From contig NC_043000.1 of the NCBI RefSeq assembly GCF_006345805.1, forward strand, positions 2,666,001-2,730,000: a DNA stretch of 64,000 bases, read 5' to 3'. Positions 53,329 through 64,000 of the stretch are shown in pieces (position 1 is the stretch's first letter; each line of letters opens with the position of its first letter). This DNA comes from Octopus sinensis. Its lineage: Eukaryota. A model generated the notes under the pieces. That model ran no database searches and was not told where the DNA came from. It worked only from the letters and a program-made list of their open reading frames with translations. The translations under genes were made by a program, and so were the position numbers.

Positions 53329-53805
53329 ATCATCATCCTCATCATCATCGTTTAACGTCCACTTTCCATGCTAGCATGGGTTGGACGATTTGACTGAGGT
53401 TTGGCGAACCAGATGGCTGCACCCTGGTAGAGTTTATACAACTGGATGCTCTTCCTAACGTCAGCCACTCCGAGAGTGTAGTGGGTGCTTTTACGTACCA
53501 CTGGCACGAGAGCTAGACAGGCGGCACTGGCCACGGCCACGCTCAAAATGGTGCTTTTTATGCGCCACCTGCACAGGAGCCAGTCCAGCGGTACTGGCAA
53601 CGACTTCGCTCAAATGTTTTTTTCACGTGCCACCAGCATTGGTGCTAGTAAGGCGGCGCAGGTAACGATCATGCTCGAATGGTGTTTTTAACGTGCCATT
53701 GGCACGGAAGCCAGCTTGTTGCTCTGGCAATGATCTCACTCATGTGGTATTCTTAGCGCTCCACTAGCACGGATGCCAGTCATCGGATTTGATTTCGATT
53801 TCAAT
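53329..53805 (-). mobile_element. RTE 3' UTR fragment
   Basis: (CAT)n...ccatgctagcatggg... on the plus strand. Confidence 0.8.
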
Positions 53806-54557
53806 TCATATGTATGTATGTATAGGTGAAGGCTACGTAGTTAAGAAGTTTATAAGCAGCTATCAATGACTTGTAAGCACATGGTATTTCATTATGCAAC
53901 CAGGATATGCTACAAAGTATATGAAAGGTTTTTATAAGTCAATACCATGAACTACTGTATCAGCAGTGCACCGAAGAGATGATCTTTATAAGCAGCGACC
54001 CTTGTTTGCAATTTTCTGTGGAAACATGTTTGGCCACTGGGAAATATTACCTCGCTTGGAAAGTTGGCAACAAGAAGGGCAATCTCCCTCAACCAAGTCT
54101 GTTTGATGATGATGGTGATGACAACAAAGACGATGATGATATGTATGTGTGTGGGTGTTGTAATGGGTATGTGATGTCACATGTTTGGTAAAGATCATCT
54201 TTGCTAGTGATCAAAAATACTAGTTGAAATTTGGGAGACAGAAGACCTTGTAGGCTGTATATGATGCACAAAGGTGTTTTTAGAGGTTTATGAAAGATGA
54301 ATTTGCAGTGGTTGGTAAAAGCCACTCAGTGGAAGTGGATGACATTTTCCAGATGTTGCAGGCCATGTTCTGTATCTGTAGTGTGGTATGAAAACCACTA
54401 AGATGTATTAGAGGATTCTGGTGTTTCAACTTTTGGAGATATTGTGAAGAGATACAGTGGCATCATGGTTAAAAACTTTGCTTTGCAACCACATGGTTTT
54501 GGATTCAGTCTGACTGATGCCTTGTGAGTGAATTTGATAGGCAGAAACTGTGTGAAA

Positions 54558-54830
54558 GGCAGCGAGCTGGCAGGAATGTTAGCACGCTGGGAGAAATGCT
54601 TCAAAGGCAGCAAGCTGGCAGAATCGTTAGAGGAGAAATGCTTCACGGTATTTCGTCTGCTGTTACATTCTGAGTTCAAATTCCGCTGAGGTTGACTTTA
54701 TCTTTCATCCTTTCGGGGTTGATAAATTAATTAGCAGTTACGTACTGGGGTCAATGTAATCAACTTAATCCCTTTATCTGTCCCCCTCTATGTTTAGGTT
54801 TAGCCCCTGGTTGGCAATAAAGAAATAAGA
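54558..54830 (+). mobile_element. SINE family B with partially duplicated head
   Basis: aaaggcagc.agctggcagxaatxgttag occurs twice; gaggttgacttt..tcatcctttcggggttgataaa core. Confidence 0.8.
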
Positions 54831-54914
54831 AACTGTGTGGAAGCCTACTGTCTGCCTATTATGTGTGTGTGTGCATGTGTTTGTTTAAGTTCCAGTGTGT
54901 GTGTTTATGTTCTA

Positions 54915-54947
<33 letters not shown>

Positions 54948-55360
54948 CGTAAGTTCCAGTAACTTAGCGGTTCAGTAAAAGAAACTAATAGAATAAGTAT
55001 CAGACTTAAAAATAAGCTCTAGGGTCAATTTGTTCAGTTAAACCATTCATGGCCACAATTAAATGATCAAAACAAGTAAAAGATAGAAGAAAGAGAGAGA
55101 GAGAGTGTGTGTGTGCGCGTGTGCATGTGTGTGTGTATGTGTGTGTGTCTAGAATGGTGTGAGATGAAGCAAATGTCCTTGATGGAGGGTAAGAAATGAT
55201 TTAAATATTGGTCATGGCTGAAAGAGTTCAGAGAGCAGTTGAAGCAGCTGGTGGATTTAGAGCGGAGTTTCTCTACCATCTTTTGCCTAACAATCCCTTT
55301 GATTCCTATTTTTTTCTACTGGACTTCCAAAGTCGTTTGCTGTATACTCTTTTACTCTTT

Positions 55361-55760
55361 TACTCTTTTAGTTGTTTCAGTCATTTGACTGCGGCCATGC
55401 TGGAGCACCGCCTTTAATCGAGCAACTAGACCCGGAGACTTATTCCTTTGTAAGCCCAGTACTTATTCTATCGGTCTCTTTTGCCGAACCGCTAAGTGAC
55501 GGGGACATAAACACACCAGCATCGGTTGTCAAGCAATGCTAGGGGGACAAACACAGACACACAAACACACACACATACACATACATATATATACATATAT
55601 ACGACGGGCTTCTTTCAGTTTCCGTCTACCAAATCCACTCACAAGGCTTTGGTCGGCCCGAGGCTATAGTAGAAGACACTTGCCCAAGGTGCCACGCAGT
55701 GGGACTGAACCCGGAACCATGTGGTTGGTAAACAAGCTACTTACCACACAGCCACTCCTG
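55361..55760 (-). mobile_element. SINE family A
   Basis: Full-length copy. Confidence 0.85.
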
Positions 55761-56663
55761 TAGAAGAAAATTTTACTGTATTTTTGTAATTAAATATTAT
55801 TAGAAAATGCATAAAAGAAATTAAAATATTTTGTGTATTGTTGGAGTATAACCCATTTGTTGCACATAAATTTTGACAATAAAATCTTATATGGAGGTGA
55901 TGACAAGAGATTGTGACCTTTGTCAATTTGCTATGATTGAGGACTGTCAAACCAAGTGAAATCATTGTTGTGGCTAGTGCTCGTAACATGTAAAAGGCAT
56001 CAGAACCAGTGACATGTAATAAGCACCTACTCTTGGAGTGGTTAGTGTTAGGAAGGACAGCCAGCAGTAGAAACCAAGACAAATCAAACTGGAGCCTAGT
56101 ACAGCTCTCTGGCTAACCAGTCCTAGTCGAATTGTCTAACCCATGCCAGTATGGAAAAACAGATGCCGAATGATGATGATGATGATGACCACTCCCAGGG
56201 GCCATATGGACCAAAATTGAGAATGACTGATTTGGAGGGATGAGGAATGGATACTTTGACTCATATTAACTGGAAATCTTTTCTTGCCGATACTTGCTGA
56301 TCTGACCCTTTCCCTGTCAAATACATCTCAGTCAGTATCTGAGAGGTACAGGGTTCGATTCTCTGTAGCCACCTGCTGGCAACTGCTTCTGTCTTCTAAG
56401 GCTATTTATCCAATCTTCTAAGCTGTTTTCACAACTATCCGGTGTTCGAGATTTACTTAATTTTCTGTAAAATATGTATGGCATGAAACCACGATGATAT
56501 TTTGGCTCATTGATTGATGAGGAAGACTTAAGTGTGAATATTCCATGTATCGTGTCTTTGTCTATATTTCCCATCTGTTAAGTTTTTGTCTAGTTTCCCA
56601 TTTGCTCTGCTTTCGTCTAACTTTTTCTCCTTGTGTTCTGTCTGTTCAACTCTTGATATATAT

Positions 56664-56709
<46 letters not shown>

Positions 56710-56974
56710 TATATATATAAATATATATATACATACATATATATATATATATATATTGGATCGTTAGCCCCTGCACGCAGTTTTTTTCTCTCCTTGTTTT
56801 TTTCTGTGTATCTTTCTGTCAAAGAGCGTAGGCTCGAAACGTAAAAGACTTGTTTTATTTCTATTCCTGAGCGCCATACTAATACATTTGTTTGTTTGTA
56901 CTCCACCTGCCTTTGTCTTTTGTTTATTTTCATAAACCTGCCTTCATCTTTTGTTTATTTTCGTAAACCTTCCC

Positions 56975-57010
<36 letters not shown>

Positions 57011-57189
57011 CTGAGACCTCTAGAGATATGCTGTGACTGCGAAGATCCGACAAATAAAGTGAGTCCATGGCGTATCCTACACCAGCTTCACATAACCAGC
57101 CCCAGCCCATTCAAAGTATCTTGGATTGTAGGACGACCTTCTGTGCTTACCTTGGATCGAAGGGTGACCTGATGTGCTTGAAGAGACCT

Positions 57190-58295
57190 ATTAAGTCAAG
57201 TACATCAACATCAAAATGAAAATCAAATGGAAATTGTAGTTGTGATACCTGTCCTGGTGACACGTAAAAGGCATCATCCAAACGTAGCCGATGCCAGTGG
57301 CATGTAAAAAGCACCAACCGATCATGGCCGTTGCCATCCTCCTCTGGCCCCTGTGCCGGTGGCATGTAAAAAGCACCCACAACACTCACAGAGTGGTTGA
57401 CATTAGGAAGGGCATCCGGCTGTAGAAACACTGCCAGATCAGACTGGAGCCTGATGCAGCCTCCTGGCTTCTCTGACCTTGGTCGAGCCGTCGATCCATG
57501 CTAGCATGGAAAACAGACATTAAATGAGGATGATGATGATGATGATATATATCATCATCATCATCATCATCATTTAGCATCCGCTTTCCATGCTAGCATG
57601 GGTTGGATGGTTCAACTGGGGTCTGGGGAGCCCGAAAGCTGCACCAGTCCAGTCAGATCTGGCAGTGTTTCTACAGCTGGATGCCCTTCCTAACGCCAAC
57701 CACTCCGAGAGTGTAGTGGGTGATTTTATGTGCCACCGACACAGGTGCCAGACGAGGCTGGCAGACGGCCACGCTCGGATGGTGTTTTTATGTGCCACCG
57801 ACACAGGTGCCAGATGAGGCTGGCAAACGGCCACGATCGGATGGTGCTTGTTACGTGCCCACAGCACGGAGGCCAGTCGATGCGGTACTGGCTACGGCCA
57901 CGTTCGGATGGTTTTATTGTGTGCCACGTGCCACCGGCACTGGTACCACAAGATACAAATTCCATTGATGTTCATCTATTTTGATTTGTTTTGATTTGAT
58001 TTGATTTTCACTTGCCTCAACAGGTCTTCACAAGTGTCACAAGAAGGAAGGTATGCACAGGTGGACTGACTACGTCCCAGGTAGGGGCCATGGGTTATGG
58101 CCTGACTAGTCTTGCCGGGTCTTCGGATGGTGTTTTTATGTGCCACCGACACAGGTGCTAGATGAGGCTGGCGAACGGCCACGATCGGATGGTGTTTGTC
58201 ATGTGCCCACCGCACTGACTACAGCACTGATGGATTTCTTGTGTGCCACAGGCACTGGTACCACAAGATACAAATTCCATTGATGTTCATCTATT
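57190..58295. mobile_element. Tail-to-tail pair of RTE 3' fragments (+ 57190-57545, - 57551-58295)
   Basis: (GAT)n-ATATAT-(CAT)n junction; the minus copy includes the ORF stop region (KTRQD*) near 58110. Confidence 0.8.
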
Positions 58296-58309
58296 TTTTT
58301 TATATATAT

Positions 58310-58373
<64 letters not shown>

Positions 58374-58456
58374 TATATATACATACATATATATATATAT
58401 ATTGGATCGTTAGCCCCTGCACGCAATTTTTTTCTCTCCTTGTTTTTTTCTGTGTA

Positions 58457-58494
58457 TCTTTCTGTCGAAGAGCGTAGGCTCGAAACGTAAAAGA
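58457..58494 (+). ncRNA. Minimal type-I hammerhead-ribozyme-like motif with variant core
   Basis: UCUUU-CUGUCGA-A-GAGC(GUAG)GCUC-GAAAC-GUA-AAAGA: stems I and II pair, palindromic ACGU stem III, GUA triplet. Activity unproven. Confidence 0.5.
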
Positions 58495-58854
58495 CTTGTT
58501 TTATTTCTATTCCTGAGCACCATACTAATACAATTATTTGTTTGTACTCCACCTGCCTCCGTCTTTTGTTTATTTTCGTAAACCTGCCTTCGTCTTTTGT
58601 TTATTTTCGTAAACCTTCCCGTTATATATATATATAATATATATATATATATATTATATATATATATATATACATACTGAGACCTCTAGAGATATGCTGT
58701 GACTGCGAAGATCCGACAAATAAAGTGAGTCCATGGCGTATCCTACACCAGCTTCACATAACCAGCCCCAGCCCATTCAAAGTATCTTGGATTGTAGGAC
58801 GACCTTCTGTGCTTACCTTGGATTGAAGGGTGACCTGATGTGCTTGAAGAGACC

Positions 58855-59558
58855 TATTAAGTCAAGTACATCAACATCAAAATAAAAATTAAATGGAAAT
58901 TGTAGTTGTGATACCTGTCCTGGTGACACGTAAAAGGCATCATCCAAACGTAGCCGATGCCAGTGGCATGTAAAAAGCACCAACCGATCATGGCCGTTGC
59001 CATCTTCCTCTGGCCCCTGTGCCGGTGGCATGTAAAAAGCACCCACAACACTCACAGAGTGGTTGACATTAGGAAGGGCATCCGGCTGTAGAAACACTAC
59101 CAGATCAGACTGGAGCCTGGTGCAGCCTCCTGGCTTCTCTGACCTTGGTCAAGCCGTCAATCCATGCTAGCATGGAAAACAGACATTAAACGAGGATGAT
59201 GATGATGATGATATATATCATCATCATCATCATAATCATTTAGCATCTGCTTTCCATGCTAGCATGGGTTGGACGGTTCAACTGGGGTCTGGGAAGCCAG
59301 AAGGCTGCACCAGGCCCAGTCTGATCTGGCAGTGTTTCTACGGCTGGTTGCCCTTCCTAACGCCAACCACTCCGTGAGTGTAGTGGGTGCTTTTTACGTG
59401 CCACCTGCACAGGTGCCAGATGGGGCTGGCAAACGGCCACGATCGGATGGTGCTTTTTACGTGCTACCGGCACGGAGGCCAGTCGGGGCGGCGCTGGCAA
59501 CGGACATGGTCGGGTAGTGCTTTCTACGTGCCACCGGCACGGGGACCAGACGAGGCTG

Positions 59559-59560
<2 letters not shown>
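58855..59560. mobile_element. Second tail-to-tail pair of RTE 3' fragments
   Basis: Same junction type at about 59190-59240. Confidence 0.8.
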
Positions 59561-59589
<29 letters not shown>

Positions 59590-59615
59590 CACATATATAT
59601 GTATATGTGCATATG

Positions 59616-59905
59616 TATGCACAATTATTTCACCTCATTTGGACCTGCTCTCTTCAACATTACACCAGGACACGTCAAAACAGAAACTGACCACACAGAA
59701 TTCAAGAAATCTTTGGACAAATTCCTTCAAACAGTCCCAGACAAACCACCCACAACCGGATATGTCTCCGCAAACAATAACTCTCTGCTCGAATGGGCCT
59801 CGGTGCCCAAATCCTGAATTGAAAGACTTCGCCAGGTGGTGCTATTAAGTTAGACATGGCCTGGGCCAATACTGGCCAAAAACCTTTCTAAGTTATTCTA
59901 AGTTA
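59616..59905 (+). mobile_element. LINE 3' end (CR1/Jockey-group-like)
   Basis: FGPALFNITP...FKKSLDKFLQTVPDKPPTTGY...NNSL* followed by a (ttctaagtta)2 tail. Confidence 0.7.
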
Positions 59906-60004
59906 TGTATGTATGTATATATATGTATGTATGTATATATATATATATATATATATAATGTATGTATGTATATTTATGTATGTATGTATAGATAGATAGA
60001 TATA

Positions 60005-61232
60005 TTGGGTTGGCAACTAAGTTCCCGCTGTTTTTTTAAATTTAAGTTTTTTAAAAGGTTTAATAAGAAATAACAACTAATTAATAAATAATGTACTCAC
60101 CCTTGTTATTTACAACTTCTTTCCAACGTTCAACAAGATTTTCAATACCTCATTGGTAGAAATCACCTGATTTCAACTTGAAAAATTCATCCAACCAAGC
60201 TCTCAATTCTGCATCAGTATTGCATGAAACTTCGTGCATAGCATTTGAAAGAGATCGAAAGAGGTGGAAATCCGTTGGTATCAAATCAGGAGAGTATGGC
60301 GGGTGTGGCAGCACTACCCAGCCATTCGTCTGAATGGCTTCCTTGGTCATATTGACGATATGGGGGTGGGTGTTGTCGTGCAGCAGAAAAGCTCCATGCT
60401 GCCGATTAGGTCTTTTCTCTTGAATAGCTGTGTTGAGTCGTTCCATCTGTTGAACATAGAGTTCTGCGTTCACCATTTGGTTCCATTCAAGCAATTCATA
60501 ATGGATAATCCCTTCCCTGTCCCATCATATGCACAACATTGTTTTACATGGGTGAAAATCTTGTTTCACGTGTGATGTTGCTTGTTTAACGGGACTAAGC
60601 CATTCCTTACATTGCTTCATATTGATGTACAGGTACCATTTTTTGTCGCCAGTAACGATTCAGTAAAGAAATCATTACTTGTGTCCATGAGTGACGAGCA
60701 AGCAAACCAGCGGAGATTGTGGCTTGTTGATTTTTGCTGTTGTCACTTAAAGCATGCGGAACCCATGCTCCATGCTTCTGAACCTTTCCTATCAAGTGAA
60801 GATGCTTCTCTATAGCAGTGTGGGAGCATTCCATTTTCTCTGCTAGTTCCCTTGTCGTTTGATGAAAATTTTCATGCAAAAGTTGGTTTAATTGCTCTTC
60901 ATCGAACTCAACTGGATGGCCAGAATGAGGTGTGTCTTTGAGGTCAAAATTTCCATTTTTGAACTTGGCATACAAATCACAAACAGTTCTTTCAGCTATT
61001 GCACCATCTCCATACACAGCACAAATGTTATGAGCAGCTTTTGCGGCCTTGACACCTTGATTATAAGCAAAGAGAAGTAGGTGTCGAAAATGCTTCTTTT
61101 TCTTAACTTGACATTCCAGTTTAATGATCTGAAAATAAACGGAAATAAACAAAAATTAACTAGAAAATTTAAGAAACCAATAAATTCCAAAATTAAAAAA
61201 AAAAAACGGTAGGAACTTAGTTGCCAACCCTG
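60005..61232 (-). mobile_element. Full-length but disrupted mariner transposon (mellifera-subfamily-like)
   Basis: TA-flanked TIRs ttgggttggcaactaagttcc / ggaacttagttgccaaccctg; ORFs give HFRHLLLF..AVYGD, TTRELAEK, WVPHAL, HDNTHPH, PHPPYSPDLIPTDFHLFRSL. Confidence 0.92.
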
Positions 61233-61234
61233 TA

Positions 61235-61266
<32 letters not shown>

Positions 61267-61350
61267 AACACACCATCATCGGTTGTCAAGCGATGCTGGA
61301 GGGACAAACACAGACACACAAACAAATACACACACATATCTTTATATATA

Positions 61351-61737
61351 CAGGAGTGGCTGTGTGGTAAGTAGCTTGCTAACCAACCACATGGTTCCGG
61401 GTTCAGTCCCACTGCGTGGCACCTTGGGCAAGTGTCTTCTGCTATAGCCCCGGGCCGACCAATGCCTTGTGAGTGGATTTGGTAGACGGAAACTGAAAGA
61501 AGCCTGTCGTATATATATATATGTATGTGTGTGTTTGTGTGTCTGTGTTTGTTCCCCTAGCATTGCTTGACAACTGATGCTGGTGTGTTTACGTCCCCGT
61601 TACTTAGCGGTTCGGCAAAAGAGACCGACAGAATAAGTACTGGGCTTACAAAGAATAAGTCCCGGGGTCGATTTGCTCGACTAAAGGCGGTGCTCCAGCA
61701 TGGCCGCAGTCAAATGACTGAAACAAGTAAAAGAGTA
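61351..61737 (+). mobile_element. SINE family A, followed by an inverted head fragment at ~61745-61890
   Basis: Full-length plus-strand copy. Confidence 0.85.
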
Positions 61738-62132
61738 TATATATATGATGGGCTTTTTTCAGTTTCCGTCTACCAAATCCACTCACAAGACCCGAGGCTA
61801 TAGTAGAAGACACTTACCCAAGGTGCCATGCAGGGGGACTGAACCCGGAACCATGTGGTTGGCAAGCAAGCTACTTACCACACAGTCACTCCTACACCTC
61901 GTTAAAATAATATTCAAAGTGTTTTATATGATCAGAAATATAGTTTTAAAGTGTTGATGGTGTCATAGTGAGGATTTGATCAGACTTTGCAATTAAAAAT
62001 GTAGGAGAATTTTCAAATATTAATAAAGTGGAAGTGTATAAAAATAAACTTTATTTTCCATCTGACTGTTAGTTTTGTTTCATTTTGAAAAATAAAAATG
62101 TATTTTTGGTTTATTGCTTTATATTTTGAATT

Positions 62133-62524
62133 AGTGGCTGTGTGTTAAGTAGCTTGTTTACCAACCACCTGGTTCCAAGTTCAGTCCCACTGCGTGGCAC
62201 CTTGGGCAAGTGTCTTCTACTATAGCCTCAGGCCGACCAAAGCCTTGTAAGTGGATTTGGTAGACGGAAACTGAAAGAAGCCCGTCGTATATATGTATAT
62301 ATATATATGCATGTGTGTGTTTGTGTGTCTGTGTTTGTCCCCCTAGCATTGCTTGACAACCGATGCTGGTGTGTTTATGTCCCTGTTACTTAGCGGTTTG
62401 GCAAAAGAGACTGATAGAATAAGTACTGGGCTTACAAAAGAATAAGTCCCGGGGTCGAGTTACTCGATTAAAGGCGGTGCTCCAGCATGGCCGCAGTCAA
62501 ATGACTGAAACAAGTAAAAGAGTA
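62133..62524 (+). mobile_element. SINE family A
   Basis: Near full-length copy. Confidence 0.85.
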
Positions 62525-63424
62525 TATATATATATATATATATATATATTTGAAAGTACTAAAATCTTTTAAGTGTTTAGGGCTTCCAAGGATCTTGATC
62601 CAGTCCTGGACATGGCTTGCATTTCAGTAAGAGGTGATGGCTGGGCTCCATGTTGGATCTATAATAGACAGCTTGCTGCCAATTTCTTGGTAGTTTACAG
62701 TAATATGAAGAATTTGATCTTTGCAACACTACTCCATTACAGTGATATTTTTGCACTTGTATTTTGTGTCATCCCCCCCATTGCTTGTGTTTTTTTTTTT
62801 TCTCATTTGTCCCACTTTCTAGAGAAAACTTCACTTTCGTTTTAACCAATCAATGTCATTTTTCCTTTAAACAATTTTTAAAATGTCAAACTAGAAATCG
62901 TGAATGGTGAAGATAGTTTTGCTGACATCGCAGCTTTCGACGTTTTCTTTCCAATTTTTTTCACTTCTTTTACTTAGTATTTGCATGCTACAGTTAGTAG
63001 CTTTGTCTGCTTCCAGGTTCACCGTTCCAAGAATAAGCTAAAAATTGTATTTATTTTAATTCAATTCACATTAGAAAAGTTGTACTGTTGATAACAAAGT
63101 AGAAAAGTGGCAAAAGAAGATTGGAAGTAGAGAAAAGATATATAGAAAAGAATGAAAAACCGGGTTTGCAAAAACCTGGAAATTCCAGCAGAAAGGTAAT
63201 AGAAAAGATTCCGAGAAGTTTTGACTTGACATGATCGGATGAAGTTTTAGATTGGATTAATCACTAACGATCAGTGATATTAAGGCTCCAGAAAACTGAG
63301 TCAAATGTTCGTATAAATTTTATTTATGCAAATAAAAAATTATTGATGTTACTACATGACTCCTAGGGTCTTCAGTTTCACGATCTTTCTTTAGGTTGAA
63401 GGCCTCCTTGGGAGATAACAAAAG

Positions 63425-63730
<306 letters not shown>

Positions 63731-64000
63731 TGGCCGATCTAAGGGCTTACCCTGGGTTTCACGTACATAAAGCCCTTAGCTTTACAACGTTTCTTCAGAC
63801 CCTAAAACCCATTGGCCTGGGGACATGAGTTGAAGAGATTAATAACAAACATTATAAGTGGAAGGACGCAATACACATAAAAGTGTTAAATATATTTTAA
63901 ACGGGTTAACTGTAAAATTATCTTTGGAGATATATATATAAGTATATACACGCACATGTATGTATGTGTGTATACTGCAAGATATATGAGCTGGAAGGAA

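Larger units (their letters stand above)
56690..59260. repeat. ~0.9-kb direct duplication (56690-57590 and 58340-59260, offset ~1.65 kb)
   Basis: Shared unique sequence (ctgagacctctagagatatgctgtgactgcgaagatccgac...) plus the same order of repeats. Confidence 0.9.

Noticed and set aside
56332-56574. 80-aa minus-strand ORF faintly resembling a LINE C-terminus
   Set aside because: Similarity too weak to assign by eye.
61351-61420. tRNA-like A/B boxes
   Set aside because: SINE heads continuing into SINE bodies; no complete cloverleaf.
63320-63406. Possible terminal exon of a neighbouring minus-strand gene ([28 protein letters not shown])
   Set aside because: Weak AAG acceptor, no recognisable homology and no partner exon in the window; cannot be supported without RNA data.

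Overview
Eukaryotic (animal) genomic DNA, AT-rich and very repeat-dense. The SINE/LINE inventory and microsatellite load suggest a coleoid cephalopod such as Octopus; this is an inference and was not checked by search. The only host gene I can support is ING3 (inhibitor of growth 3, NuA4/TIP60 subunit) on the minus strand. Ten coding exons can be reconstructed from ATG 44551 to 126 (1446 nt, 482 codons, consistent phases, GT-AG junctions); the last PHD exon lies off the left edge. Exon 10 encodes a polyA / Q37-polyP / Q13-polyP tract just before the PHD finger. The rest is mobile DNA: two young, near-identical 5'-truncated RTE-clade LINEs whose RT is interrupted by a C4HC3 PHD-like finger, about a dozen shorter 3' tails of that LINE family, three tRNA-derived SINE families, CR1-type 3' ends, mariner/Tc1 relics, TTAA- and TA-flanked MITEs, a non-autonomous Helitron and a Penelope-like GIY-YIG fragment. 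The most unusual signal is a dispersed family of minimal hammerhead-ribozyme-like motifs with a non-canonical core (CUGUYGA-A), one copy sitting in the Penelope-like terminal repeat. No prokaryotic features, CRISPR arrays, rRNA or bona fide tRNA genes were seen.
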